In this document: positions 1-12,990 of the stretch, one piece after another
How positions within the stretch are numbered: the first letter of the stretch is position 1
Layout of the letters: every line of letters begins with the position of its first letter
The notes under the pieces: generated by a model
Databases searched by the model: none
Told to the model about the DNA's origin: nothing
Seen by the model: only the letters and a program-made list of their open reading frames with translations
Program-made: the position numbers and the translations under genes
Assembly (NCBI RefSeq): GCF_963676685.1
Contig: NC_092345.1
Span: 44,516,001-44,580,000 of the forward strand
Direction of reading: 5' to 3'
DNA: 64,000 nucleotides
From: Mytilus edulis
Lineage: Eukaryota

Positions 1-1560
1 TTAAGCAAAATTCAAATTGAACTTTACTGTTGCTTTGACATAAGTTAACACCTGTGTAAACTTTGGAATAAGATTCTAACTAAATGATGCTTGCTGATAT
101 CTGTCACCTTATCAGAATGACAAAGAAAACTATAGCTATCTTAATATTGCTAACAACTTTTTTTGTTTTTCTCGTTTTTGAAGACCTGTAGAAGCCTCCT
201 TTCTAATCTTGTTACAAAGCAACGAGTAGATTAACAAATTAACATATTTTATAGTCACCTGTCTTTTCTAAAAGACTGTACAATGATCTCTGGAATTGTT
301 TTTAGTTGCTTGGGTTGCTGTCCCTTTAATCAGAGGTTTATAAAAACTGATCTTTGTAACCTTCTGATCTCAGTTTTCCTCTGGTCAGAGATCCTTCAGA
401 CAATTTATTTGATTGAAATCTATTCTTGGTTAGTAGATCAGAGTTGTCTGTGTGTGTGCATGGAATAGAAGATGAAGATATTTTGGATATTATATATCAA
501 AAATCTTTCAGGATTAACACCTTTCATATATGATCTCACTTTAGTGTTATAGTTTCAGTAGCATGTAAAAAGAATAATGAAATTGTGATGAACATTTTAA
601 TTTTACATCCTAAACCATTCACGACTAACTTTTATTGTAAGATAATAAGATCTGGCATAAATTTGATAATTTTTGACATAATGGTAGAAAAATGCTTATT
701 AGTATATTGAATAGATGTCTAAATTGTATTTGCAAGACCACGAGTGTTCAAGTTAGGTATAAACATCAGTTGATAAAGTACATGTATTTAAACTTGCATA
801 TCAATGCTTTAAATTATAGCTTTATTGCATGCTCTCAATATATATTATATTTCAGACTTAGAGAAAACAGTATTATAAATAATTCATGTTTTCTGTATGC
901 TTATTTGATATTTTTTAGAACAACTTTTAAGGTTGACTTTGTCTATCATATATTACATTCATTAATTTAATTTGATCATATCACAGAAAGTATTGTTCAA
1001 AACATTAGATATTTCAAAACTTATTCAAAATGTTTCTACATGTCATCATTTTTGCAAAGTTTATCATTTTCCTTTTAGTATTGCAGCTATACAACTTTTT
1101 AGCTGATACCTCAATGTTCTGTAGAACCAAATAAGACTTTTTGGGTTACTAATGGTTCTTTTTCCAGGGGCATCAAATTTGGGTGATTTGAACGATACTA
1201 AAATGAAGGTTATACACTTTTTGGGATCACATATCTATTCTTGAAAGTCAGCTTCAAGCATTTCACTTGTTTTGTCATAAAATATCTTGTTTTTTTAATA
1301 TTTAATGAAAAATATGAATTCACTGAATGATTTTATAAATTCACAGTATTTGCTTAAAAATACCTGGCAAATCTCATTCAAAAATTGACAGAGGGAAAAT
1401 GAGGGAAATAAACCATATATTATTTATTTCTGCCCTAGTTCAATACATTAATGAATGGTATTGAAGAAAGGATACTTTGGGCATGCTGAAAGCTTTTGTT
1501 GATGAATAGATATATGATCAAGGATAGATTTGGACTTACAGAGGACATAAGTCATATTAC

Positions 1561-1710
1561 AAAGTGACTAAGTCAATTCTTATTGGTAAAAGTGACTTGA
1601 GTCATTTCTTATCACCAAAAATGACTACGTCAATTCTTGTCAGTAAAAGTGACTAAGTCATTTCTTGTCAGTAAAAGTGACTGAGTCATTTCTTATAAGT
1701 AAAAGTGACA
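1561..1710. repeat. ~29-bp minisatellite x5 with a palindromic TGACTNAGTCA core
   Basis: AAAAGTGACTAAGTCATTTCTTGTCAGT variants. Confidence 0.85.
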
Positions 1711-1746
1711 GAAATAAAACCATATTTAATCATCTTTGTTTAACAG

Positions 1747-1779
1747 GCTGCTCCTGTAGTTTCTAGCGCCATGCATACT
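1747..1779 (+). CDS. DENND1: DENND1-like internal exon (AAPVVSSAMHT)
   Basis: ttaacag|...|gtaagt, 33 nt, phase 0-0. Same length and position as the 11-aa ANPAMKTVYKF segment recalled from vertebrate DENND1A. Upstream DENN-domain exons are outside the window. Confidence 0.75.
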
Positions 1780-2669
1780 GTAAGTCATTAGCATGTTGCT
1801 GTTGTCAAGTATGATTATATGCTTGGTTACCATGTTTTCCTCATTATTGTCATCATTCAAGGCCTTGCTTGCTCATCACTTTCATTGTTGTAAAACTGTG
1901 GTTTTGTTTTATTTATTTATTTTTTTGTTTTATTTCAGTACTTGTTGCATATTTTTCATTTATATCGGTAGATGATAATTTTAGCAATGTTTGTTTTTCT
2001 CCCCTTTTCCACCATTTTGAATGAATTGTACAAGTATATGCAACTGTTTTAATAAGCAGGAGTTTTACCTTTGAGTTTCTTTGAATGTTAGAATTTTTAA
2101 TCCCCAAAGCTGAAAAAATATTTCTGAGTCACGAGAAAAGAAACCTCAGGGAAGTAATAATTTTATTATGAATTTAATTGAAAACTGTAAAAAGTAAAAT
2201 GGCTAAATAAAAGACCATTTTAATCAAAATATACATATTAAAAAAACAACTTTTGATTAAAACAAAGGGAGTTCTTTGGAATTATTAATGGAGAGTCATA
2301 ACTTACTGTTTAATTAAAACTGAGTTTGATACTTTCACATAAGAAAGTATATGCATCTATTAAACAATTAAAAAAAGACAAAAATTAACATCCTTTGTTA
2401 GAGCACTGCTAGATTATTATATTCTTTTAAAAATATTTGCATGTTAATTTTTTGTTTATATACTTTTGTTTGAATGTATTTTTTTTCAGTATTTTTATTT
2501 ATCATGGAATATTGTATAAATTGGTTATTTTTTGCATGATAAATGGAAATCAAATCCTGAATGTTGAAATAATTCACTAAAATAAAAGCATGTGTAAAGG
2601 TTTAAACTATTCTAATTTAACAATTTTACTACATTTTTGTAAATAAAATGATGTTTCAATGCAGCAGTT

Positions 2670-2950
2670 CTTGTAAGGAAGTATAACAGGGGGAATCATT
2701 TAAAAACAAATTATCTCCCGTAGACACAATTCATAATCCATTTAAGAATAAGAAATGCAAACAAACTACTTAGCAGAGGTTCATCAAAATCCAATTCATG
2801 CAGAAGCACTACAGCATCAATACTTTAATGACTTTTAAATGAGGCAATACTTGTAAGGAAGTATAACAAGGGGAATAATTTCACTACAAATTATCTCCCT
2901 TTCAAAATTCATCAAATCCAATTCATGCAGAAGCACTATAGCATCAATAC
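2670..2950. repeat. local direct duplication
   Basis: CTTGTAAGGAAGTATAACA at 2670 and 2850; AATCCAATTCATGCAGAAGCACTA at about 2788 and 2916. Confidence 0.75.
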
Positions 2951-3389
2951 CTCAATGTCCTCAATCAGCCATTGATTTGCCTTTATATCTATAAATAAAA
3001 CCCAGATTTTCTGTATGTCACATGACACGGACATTATAACCCAATTTACCACCACTGCAAAAATCACATACCTGCATTAATTTAGAAGCAAGGAGATATA
3101 AATAAAGAGTCAGACTACAAGTTGCACCAAAAAAATTGAAAAAATTTTATTTATGAAGTTTAAAATATATTTAGATAAGTCATAAGAAGAGCAAAGAAAA
3201 TGTTCTGATACATGATAATTTTGTGACACAATCTATATAGGTGACTTCATAATCAAATTGTATCTTGCATGCATGTCTTATCTAAGTGTGAAATTTCTTC
3301 TTTTTTTATTTTTTTTATTTCAAAGTTATGAAACTAATTATTTATATAAAATACTAGTTCATGTTAAAACTTTATCCATATTTTTACAG

Positions 3390-3452
3390 GTACGACGTGA
3401 AGGAAAGAAATTTTATACAGGTGTAAGGAAACAGGTGCAGGATATACGGAAA
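3390..3452 (+). CDS. DENND1: DENND1-like internal exon (VRREGKKFYTGVRKQVQDIRK)
   Basis: tttttacag|...|gtgagt, 63 nt, phase 0-0; basic helix comparable to AKDHAKMGIKEVKNRLKQK. Confidence 0.85.
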
Positions 3453-3522
3453 GTGAGTAATGGTTACCTTTTAAGAAAGAGATTTTACACTTTAGCATGC
3501 TATATTTCAGCAATAACTTTTG

Positions 3523-4176
3523 TTTTTATGCCCCACTTGCGATAGTAAAGGGGCATTATGTTTTCTGGTGTGTGTGTCCGTTCGTCTGTCTGTCCGTCTG
3601 TCCTGCTTCAGGTTAAAGTTTTTGGTCGAGGTAGTTTTTGTTGAAGTCCAATCAACCTGAAACTTAGTATACATGTTCCTTATGATATGATCTTTTACAT
3701 TTTAATGACAAATTAGAGTTCTGACCCCAATAGACCACTTTCAAGTTCATCCGTAACCGGAAAAAAACTCGTCAATTATGCGCACCTTTATAACGTCATT
3801 TACCAGATAAAGGGGGTTGCCTGTATCCCTGCACTATTTCAATCATCAAGCGTCTTAATGATCGTCACTGTGCAGGATAAACTAGAAATAATGGTTGTTC
3901 TGTAGGTACTTAATGCCAATTCCCTAATGACAGCAGTGTTGATTGTCAATTTTGAGAAATCAATTTGCCGAATAATTTGTACAATATAGAATTATAGTTT
4001 TCAAACCACATCGGAATGTAAGTGATGACGCCCCTAAATGCACAAATGGCGTTCACTAAAACCAGAGTTTATGACGGAAATGCATTGAACTCGAAAGTTG
4101 TCTATTTCACGGTCCATTTCACATAGAAAATGTTAGTGCAAGTGGGGCATTTGTGTACTGGGGACACATTCTTGTT
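3523..4176 (+). mobile_element. non-autonomous Helentron/DINE-like element (HINE), interrupted by a MITE
   Basis: T-run start, subterminal IR ATGCCCCACT/AGTGGGGCAT, GTCY microsatellite, 3' stem-loop. Confidence 0.7.
3732..4103. mobile_element. MITE with AT target duplication (ISL2EU/PHIS-like)
   Basis: TIR AGACCACTTTCAAGTTCA / TGAACTCGAAAGTTGTCT flanked by AT..AT; splits the HINE. Confidence 0.7.
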
Positions 4177-4912
4177 AATTGGAAAGTTTGTAAGATATTT
4201 TGTTGCATATTGTAATAGTATTCAATAAAATATGAATTTATATATTATTAACCTTGTTAAAAGAACTAGTTCATTGGTCAAAGGTCAAGTTTAATTTATG
4301 ATTTAAGATTTAAATTGCTTACTGGTAACCTGCTGGAACTTTTAGAATTTATGAATGTTGCATTGCAATTGATTTTCTGTTATAACTTTTTGATTTGATG
4401 GTAGCTTATAATTTTTAGCATGCTTTTTATTGAAATCCTGTAATTTTATAAGTCTATGTATGCTATGCTGTCTATTAGACTCGTCTAACCACACATATTT
4501 TATTACAGTAATTTATATGCATGTTGAGTCAGATTATGAAATTGAGTGTTACTTTTTTGAGAAATTCGAAAAACAAATGTGATTATAACTGAAATACTTA
4601 TTTTTAAATGATTTTGATTTGCTAAGGCATGCATTTTCCTATTGCTGACTTTACTGTTCACATTTCAAGGATTTCCCCCCAGAATTACTAAATTCAATGA
4701 CACATCATTTTGAATGGGCCATACACACTGAAATTTGTCATTTATTTAGAACAATCCATTTTTAAATCCAAATGTTTTAGGATATTTAACTTTTCTAATC
4801 CAATCGATTAAATTAATTCCAAAAGTTACTTGTAGATGAAATAATGTAACACTCATTTTCATCATGACTGGTTTTATATTTTTGGACCATGTGTTTCTTG
4901 GGAATATTGCAG

Positions 4913-5026
4913 GATGATGAACATTCTAGAACAAAAAGTATGAAACAGCCCAGGCCTGATTCAAAAGCATTATCCCGTAACAGGCCCGCCACCGTAATAC
5001 ATGCTGCAGAGATAAAACCTATTCGA
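4913..5026 (+). CDS. DENND1: DENND1-like internal exon (DDEHSRTK...NRPATVIHAAEIKPIR)
   Basis: ttgcag|...|gtaagt, 114 nt, phase 0-0; RPATV resembles the RRPITV segment of DENND1A. Confidence 0.85.
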
Positions 5027-6209
5027 GTAAGTCTTGAAATAACTTTCAGGACTAAATTTGCCATTAATAGTTTCTTAATGGTTCTACATTAGAAAACTGC
5101 TATGCGTAAGGCCTTCATCCAGACATTAATTTTCAGAATCATTGCTGCCACATCATCTGTTGAGTTATCATATTCTGTCGAATAACAAAGCAATTCTTAC
5201 TTTTTGAACTTCTTTTCTATATTTCTATAGTAAAAATAATAATCTTCAAATGATCTGACTTTACTTGGGTAGTCATTGGTTATGTTGTTACAATTTATCT
5301 TTATTTACTGCTACTAGTAAACAAATGTTAGGTTCAATTATCTCCCTTGGCCTTAGTCCTGTGATTGAATATTTTAGCACTTTCCAACGTAAAGTTTTTT
5401 TACTTAAATCAGTTTGATAGGAACAACTTGGGATAGTTCAATGATATTTTCCTTGAATTTTCATTAATTTAATATCAGTAGAGATATCAGTTTGCCGACT
5501 GTTTTGTGGCCTGGCCGCCTAAGTATGGACAAGTTATTTTCAATACTACCAATTTTCAATGATAAGTTTTCTGCTTCTGTTAGTTATATATGAACTACTT
5601 ATGATAGACAATGATATTTTCCATAAAGTTGCATTTCTCTCATCTCACTAGTTCCAGTTTGTTGACCATTTCGAGACCCTGCACCCTATGTCATGGTCCA
5701 GCAATTTTGAATTAGTTAGAAAGGTTGCTGTTTACTAGATTGTCTTTTTTAATTTCTGCTGACAGTTGAGACATATCTCTGTGTCAACAGTTTATTCATA
5801 CATGAAAACAATTATATTTTCTGTATCTTTCCATGAATCGATTTTTATCAATTTGCAAAGAACTTTGATCATTTGATCCTTTTAGTTGATCAGTATTTAG
5901 TAACTCCAAAATGCAGTTTAATAGGCAATCAAGTCCCCTTTAAAGGATGGTTACAAGGAAATTATGGGTTTATGTTTATGATAAAGATGAGATAAGATAA
6001 TAGCACATCAAATAAAAAAAATACATGTACAAAGTTAGAGGTGAATATGTAACCTTTTCACCAAAAACCATTACTTAAATTTTTTTTTTTAAATGACTTA
6101 AATATATATATATATATCCATATAACATGGCTTGCCGCTTGAAGCATTCACTTGCTATACCACCACTGATTTCTTCTCTCATTACATTATTCTTTAACTT
6201 TTTTAACAG

Positions 6210-6215
6210 GACGAG
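6210..6215 (+). CDS. DENND1: candidate 6-nt microexon (DE) of the DENND1-like gene
   Basis: long pyrimidine tract, then ttttttaacag|GACGAG|gtaatg; phase 0-0 fits the flanking exons; TGCATG motifs downstream at 6384 and 6497. Confidence 0.45.
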
Positions 6216-6867
6216 GTAATGCTGAAAACAAGAATCAGGGAAAACAAATATTTAAACCGCTAGTAGATCACTAGAACTAACACTTTTTGTCCATCAAAGA
6301 TACCTGCAACTGATCACAATTTTCTAACCCACCTTGCTTGTTTAATATTGTCCATTGCTGTCTTACCTACTTTGAATGTTGAATGCATGGTATTTGTATG
6401 TTTCATATCTATCATCTAGATATGGATCTTTTTAAAATATGAAACAACAATACAGAGGATAATATTTGCATTTGATATCACATTTTTTATTTGTTATGCA
6501 TGGCATGTAGTTTTTTATATTAAAAAAATCTTGTACTGAATGAATTAAATGTTAGCTGTAATCATGTAGATATAATACTCAATGGTGGTTTTTATGCCTA
6601 GCTAAAAGTGTTGTCATGTCAATATATTGTCTGTAATCATTTATAACAGCTTCACTAAAAACTTAGAAACTAGAAACTGATATTTGGAGTATTGCATTCT
6701 ATTGCCAAAAATTGGACCATTGCACATAGATATTCAAGCCTAACAGAATTTGTTTTTTTGGCAAATGCACACAGCATATTAACATCGCACACATATGGAT
6801 GCTGTTTCACTCTTCATTGCATATCAAGCACTTAGTGTACAGAAAAAACAAGTTCACATTCATTTTA

Positions 6868-7134
6868 CAGCAGATTTCATTTAGTGTGTATCCAAAGGTA
6901 ATATCGTTGGTTATCTTGCTTGTTAGCTGAACCGTGAAGTCATTGTTAGGTCAGGTAATCTACCCTCCTTTAAGAGTAGACTAGTTCGGCAGATAACCAA
7001 TCTATCTGTCTGTTGGACTAGGCTACTTCGAAAGAAGGGTAGTATAACTGACCTGATAATGATTTCACGGTTCAGCTAACAAGCAAGCTAACCAAAGATA
7101 CTACCTTTGGCTACATACTCAATGAAATCTGCTG
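6868..7134. mobile_element. fold-back MITE with TA TSD (Tc1/mariner-like)
   Basis: whole element is an imperfect palindrome with about 125-bp arms; TA on both sides. Confidence 0.8.
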
Positions 7135-7560
7135 TAATACACAACTAAATATTTATGTTTATGTTTTGACAATTCTGAACTTCATCAGAACATCTTGAAA
7201 AACAATGAGTGAACAGAGGTGCTTCGGAAAGGAGAGGAGTTCCTTAATAAGTAGATATCTCTGACGTTTTCAGCATTGAATTGGTATTTGCTTAGTTTTG
7301 CAACAATAACCAAGGCAACATTTATAACAAACTGTCAAAGGATTCATCATCATATAGGCTTGTACACATTAATACATCAAATATTCTGTTAACACTCAGA
7401 CAATTATTTCTAGCTACTGTTACAACAGAAATACAGAAATTATACACACAATTTATTAAAAGGAGCAAGTAAATTCATCATAAATACTAAACAATGCTAA
7501 TATATTACTAAAAACTGGTTTAAAATCATTTCATATACAATGTATCTACTTTATTTTTAG

Positions 7561-7613
7561 CCTTTACGACCTGGTAATGCACCTATAATACAAGTTACTG
7601 GTACAGATAGCAG
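7561..7613 (+). CDS. DENND1: DENND1-like internal exon (PLRPGNAPIIQVTGTDS-R)
   Basis: tttttag|...AG|gtaatt, 53 nt, phase 0-2; joins in frame to the exon at 12084. Confidence 0.8.
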
Positions 7614-8345
7614 GTAATTTACATGTGTTCTTCATATTTTGTATTGGATTGCTAAGTTAAAATAATTATGATAGAAAAAGGGTAGGCTACAGAAATTGAC
7701 TATATTGATTTCAGTTGGGAAGACTTTTGTATTTTATTCAATTTCTCAGGAATACTTTAGATTTATATTTTTTTTTATCAAAGAGCCACCATTCATTTAC
7801 AAAATGATTCCTTGTGAATATCCATGCCTGTACATCAGATATTCACACTTTTGTCTCATCTATTGGGTTGATTTTAAGGGCATACAATACACTTTTGATC
7901 CATGTTGATATTTTGATGAAAATATGCATACAATCTATTTTTCACCTAGTCAATCATGTCAATTTAAATATGTAATAAAAAATATACAATCATGTGCTAC
8001 TAAAAAAATAGAGTCGAAATTTTAGACATTTACCAAAAATTTTGGGTTATTTTTACATTTCTATCCTATGGACAGACAAACCTTACTTTTTTGTTTCAAA
8101 AGGTAAACATGCATTTTTTTATTTTTTTTTAGCAGTTCTACATCACAAAAAATAACATGATATTGTATGCACTTAAATACATTGACTATTTATAAATATG
8201 GGAGAAATAAAGTTATTATTGGCACTGGTTATTGTTCATTAATTTTAAAAGTTGCAAGCCATTTAGTGGTTGTTTGGTTTCAAAAGTAAATTTTGATTTT
8301 GAAAAGTTGTACATGTATTTACAGTCTAAATGTATTTAATGTAAA

Positions 8346-8704
8346 AATTGAATGGTTCTTTTTGTAACTTCATTGGGGTGTAAAAGCGTTGACCAAAGTA
8401 CATTTTGTATGAAGTGCTTCATTCTAAAAATGTGGGCATGGTCAACGCTTAAACACCCCTATGAAGTTGCAAAAAGAAACATTCAATACTTATACCGGGT
8501 AATTACATTTTTTAGATAGGATCATGAAAACACGATTTTTATCAAGTTTTTATTTAATTTACCTGTGCACTTTATTGTTGGACTGTGTGTCGTCATGAAT
8601 AATAAGTTTTATTGTGTAATGAAGTTGCTTAAGGAATAACGCGAGATTGCAGAGTAGCCAATCAGAATCATGTATTATAATGAAACATACATCTAATGTA
8701 ATTA
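8346..8704 (+). repeat. hairpin-plus-tail interspersed element, family 1 (second copy at 51252-51602)
   Basis: about 140-bp palindrome, then a module bounded by TAATTACATT/AATGTAATTA. Confidence 0.75.
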
Positions 8705-9266
8705 TTACAAATTATATATGATTTTTAGGAGATTGTTAAAAAGGTTTAAAAGATCCAGGTAAAACTCTTTAACAGGAAAAAGAACCCATTTTTACTTAAT
8801 ATTCACTCTCAAATATCTGCATATTTGACATATATAAAGTTATATTATACCGCTAGTATCAATATAAATGATTCATATAAAACTTTTATGCATAAAAAAG
8901 AGTATTGAGTTTATCTCATGGTTTTGGAATTTTGTTTTTCTTGGTTATTTAGAGGGGGAGGGGGATTCCATAAAAAGTTGGTACATATATTTTTAAAACA
9001 ATTGGGACTTCACCTCTGATAGACCATGTCTTTAGGAAAGTGTCTTTAACTCAGATGTTCTTTTTTTTATTTTGAAAACAGTTTAGTCTTAACCTCATTC
9101 ATATAAACTATGATCTTAAACTTTTATAACTGACAAGAGGAAAGACTAAAAAGTGGGTATTTGCATTTACGATTATGAATACATTATTCAGTTCTCATAT
9201 TTATTTATACTCATATATCTATAAGTTATAAATCACTCTTTTACACATATTATTTTATTATGATTA

Positions 9267-9480
9267 TAGTGGATTCATTTATTTTTCGTGGGAATCAATT
9301 TTCGTGATTTGCTGAAAACTTGCATATTCGTGTTTATTTGATTTCATGGTTTTGCCAATCTCTGTATACAAAGCCTAGTGAAAATATGACATTCATTGAA
9401 CATTTGAATACTTTGTTCATCTGTACCCACGAAAAACCCACGGAAATTGATATCCAACAAATAATAATGATTCCACAGTA
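9267..9480. mobile_element. TA-flanked MITE (second copy at 11485-12037)
   Basis: TIR (C)TGTGGATTCATT / AATGATTCCACAG; the two copies are collinear. Confidence 0.7.
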
Positions 9481-9595
9481 TATAAAAAATTGTTGAAATA
9501 TGTTCTTCTGAATCAGAAGATTTTTTTTCAGAGCTTTGTACCTTGACCAGACACATATAAAATATCAATTAAGATATTGTTCAATTAATGAATTA

Positions 9596-10853
9596 GGCCA
9601 CACCAATTTGATTCCTTGTTCGACGGACCCGCCCGCATCTATTTTTTTCAAAACAGAATTTTTTTATTTTTTTATATTCCCGCTTCCCGCATCCGGAAAT
9701 GTAATCATGTCCATTTCCCGCACCGTTTTTTTTTGTAAATATTATAAAAAGAACAAAAATCGGTTACTTTCCCCCTTACTTATGTTCCCTATTAAAAAAT
9801 GTTCGTTTTTATAATAAAGTACAAAGAACTTCTGAAGGATTTGCCTTCAACTGCAATTATATTGTATGCTGGCGAAACAAAACTATCCATAGCCGCTGCA
9901 TGTTTATGCACCTGTCCTGATTGATTCAGGGGCCTGTCGTTCAGCAGTTATCGTTTGTTGATGTTGTTCATTGGTAATTTTTCCCGTTTGGATATACATG
10001 ATATATAAATTAGATCGTTGGTTTTCCTCTTCGAATTGTGTACGCTAATAATTTTGGGGTCCTTTATAGCCTGCTGTTTGGTCTGTATCAAAGCCCTGTG
10101 TAAAAGGCCTGTGTTTGTTACTATCAGGTTGAGAACAATCCTCCCTCACAAGGGGTCATTTTACTGATGTAGAAAAGAAAATAGAAATACCAAGGATTTG
10201 TATAGTTCTTCTATACAAAACCTTTGAAAACTTAGAATTTTGTACTCAAAAAGAGGAGAGTTACATCATATTTTAAACAACTTTTTCTAAAAAAGGGGTC
10301 CACTTATTTTGAATAATATTAAACTGTTAAAGTAAATGTGTTAACATGGTTAAAGTACAGGAATATTACAAAATTCTTGGACATGTTTTGACCATTTAAT
10401 ACCAGATAGATATATAGTTCTTTGAGAAAATATGAGCCTTTTGTACAAACAAATATATTATAACTTATATTGATTCCTCATAAAACATGTAAAAGGGATA
10501 TTTATAACATTAAGGGGTTGTCTCCAAACTGATTATGACTTGGAAGGAGAATTGTCTCATTGTCAGTCACACATACATAACCCAGATTTAATTATTTCTT
10601 GGTGAACAGAGAAAAAATACTTCAGAAATTAAAGAAATGTCAAAGTACAAGTGATAAATCAAGCTTTAATATTGTCAAAACCTACTATTTTATGTTTACA
10701 AAAAAAAATTATAATCGCTCGCCTTTACTTTTCAAGCTTCGCCTCAAAAATTTGCAAATTAAATATTTTTTTATTAAAATTTTCAAATCGCTCGCTCGCC
10801 CCAAATTTTGGAGTCCAAAAATCCGTAGAACAAGAAATTAAATTGGTGTGGCC
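9596..10853. mobile_element. non-autonomous DNA transposon with GGCC termini and TTA TSD (Zator/Harbinger-like)
   Basis: about 32-bp TIR GGCCACACCAATTT...GTTC..CGGA; TTA at 9593-9595 and 10854-10856. Confidence 0.8.
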
Positions 10854-11034
10854 TTATGTCAGACTTCTTAAAATATTAAGGAATAACAAAACTTTAAATA
10901 CATTTTGAAGTAATTGGAGCCAAAATTTTAACCAAAACATGTACAGTTGTAAAGTTTCCACGTTTCCAAGTCTCATATACAAATTAAAAAAAGTTGTATA
11001 ATTTCTAATGAAACAACTATCCACCAGATTTAAT

Positions 11035-11336
11035 TAAGGAATGACTGTAATATTTTTTCTGTCTATTCGAAATAACATAAAAAATGTGGTACACACTGAA
11101 TAACGCGCATAGCGGGTTATTTAACAGTGTGCACCACATTTTTTATGTTATTTCGATTAGACATAAAAAATATTACAGTCATTTCTTATAATTTAATTCT
11201 AAATTCCATTTTAAACCGTAGAAAACCATGAAAAAATGTTGATGACGTCACGGTCACATGACTAAATTATGTCTATGGGCTCATAACAAAATAACGTCAG
11301 CCAATCAGAAGACGCGTTACATCCAAAATTAAATTA
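11035..11336 (+). repeat. hairpin-plus-tail element, family 2
   Basis: about 150-bp palindrome, then a module bounded by TAATTTAATT/AATTAAATTA containing AGCCAATCAGAA. Confidence 0.7.
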
Positions 11337-11484
11337 AAAATGAAATAATAGTAAGCAAATATAGGCAAATATAACATCAACATTTAAATTCCACTGATAA
11401 CTTGGAATTTTCATTAATTGTTTAGAGTTTCTATGAATTAGAATATGTATTGATGAAAGTAGTTGAGACCTCCTTAAAAGAGAA

Positions 11485-12037
11485 TACTGTGGATTCGTTT
11501 ATTTTCGTGGGTACCAATTTTCGTGGTTTTTGGAAAACGTGCATATTTATGTATATTTAATTTCGTGGCTTTGTCAAAGTTTGCATACATTTCTTTAGAA
11601 AATTAGCAATTAGTTTAAACATATTTATTTATTGTGGATTGGGAAACAAGTTTTGCAACTTATATTAATCCCTTTCCACTTTGCGGGTGCGAGGGCTGCC
11701 TTCTAGCGGCATAAGCCTACTCTTTTTCGAAATCTACAAGGGTGTCTTTAACGTGCAAGAGATATGGCTCTCTCTTAACACAGGTCAGCCATTTATCGTC
11801 CCCTTCCGACGGACTATCATCGTTTTCTCAAGACCATACTCGCAGATGGTGTCAAGGGAGAGCCGAAAGTTGAGTTCCTGAAATTTTCATCCCAAACGGG
11901 AATCGAACCAGGAACCTTTGTGTCAGTAGTCCGATGCACTAACCACTACACCACGGCTCTCTTAAAATTTGTGGTTCCCCTGTACACACGAAATACATGA
12001 GTATTGGTATCCAACGAATATTAATGAATTCACAGTA
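11485..12037. mobile_element. TA-flanked MITE interrupted by a SINE
   Basis: tactgtggattc...gaattcacagta ends; homologous to 9267-9480. Confidence 0.7.
11623..11960 (-). mobile_element. tRNA-derived SINE with Deu/Nin-type central domain
   Basis: head with A box TGGTGTAGTGG and B box GGTTCGATTCC; core GCACGTTAAAGA..CC...TTCGAAAAAGAGTAGG; (AATA)n tail. Confidence 0.8.
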
Positions 12038-12083
12038 TTCTAGAAGGGAACTAAAATCATTTATAAGTTATTATATATTTTAG

Positions 12084-12261
12084 GGTGTCTAAGTACAAGC
12101 TGGTAAATTTGGATAATGAAAAGAGTATTGATGACTCAGAAGCAGACCTTTCTTATAATCGTATAAGCTTTAATCTCTTGTCTGATCCAGACCTCCAGGT
12201 AGCAATGAACAAATCTGCAAGTGTAGAGGATCTTGGAAATTCACCAATTCATCATTCAGTT
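12084..12261 (+). CDS. DENND1: DENND1-like internal exon (VSKYKLV...SPIHHSV)
   Basis: ttttag|G...|gtaagt, phase 2-0; overlaps ORF 12085..12288. Confidence 0.85.
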
Positions 12262-12283
12262 GTAAGTTTTATCAGAAAGTATT

Positions 12284-12990
12284 CATAGATTATCGTTGGT
12301 AATCTCAAAGAGAGGGATTTTCTCGCTTGAGCCGGTATGGCAAAATTGAGAAAAGCAATTGACTTTTGAAAAAAAGATATTCACTGAGGCCAAATTGAAT
12401 ATCAGTTAATCAAAGGTCAATTAAACCCCATATTTACCGAAACAATAGACAGTAATTGTTTTATTCCATATTCTAAGAGAAGAAAATGTATTTAATGACA
12501 AACATATACCAAAACAAATTTTACATGAAACATTTTACCATAACATTGCATGTAAAAGCGTGTGATGTTAAGCGCGGTGAATAACACTTTCTCAGAATAA
12601 CACTTTCTCAGAATAACACTTTCTCAGAATAACACTTTCTCAGAATATTGGTATTATTTCAGTAGTTTTCTCTATATGAATGGATTTTGAATAAAAAAGC
12701 ATACTCACCTGAAAGTGTTATTCACCGTGCTAAATGTCACGCGCTTTTACATGCAACGTTATGGTAAAATGTTTCATGTAAAATTGGTTTTTGTATATGT
12801 TTGTCATTAAATACATTTTCTTCTCTCGGAATATGGAATAAAACAATTACTGTCTTTTGTTTCGGTAAATATGGGGTTTAATTGACCTTTGAAAAACTGA
12901 TATTCACTTCGGCAATCGGCCTCACTGAAAATTTTTTTCAAAAGTTAATAAAACCACATATTTACCTCATCAAAAGACAGTAATTGTATA
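12284..12990. repeat. composite inverted duplication of hairpin-plus-tail elements with an internal 16-bp x4 array
   Basis: arms about 12362-12592 and 12710-12946; GAATAACACTTTCTCA x4 at 12579-12645; the left end matches the 17133 family. Confidence 0.75.

Noticed and set aside
4670-4765. Alternative terminal exon DFPPELL...HF* in DENND1
   Set aside because: Rare AAG acceptor and no independent support
11890-11960. tRNA gene
   Set aside because: A and B boxes are present, but there is no proper acceptor stem and it continues into a SINE body and tail
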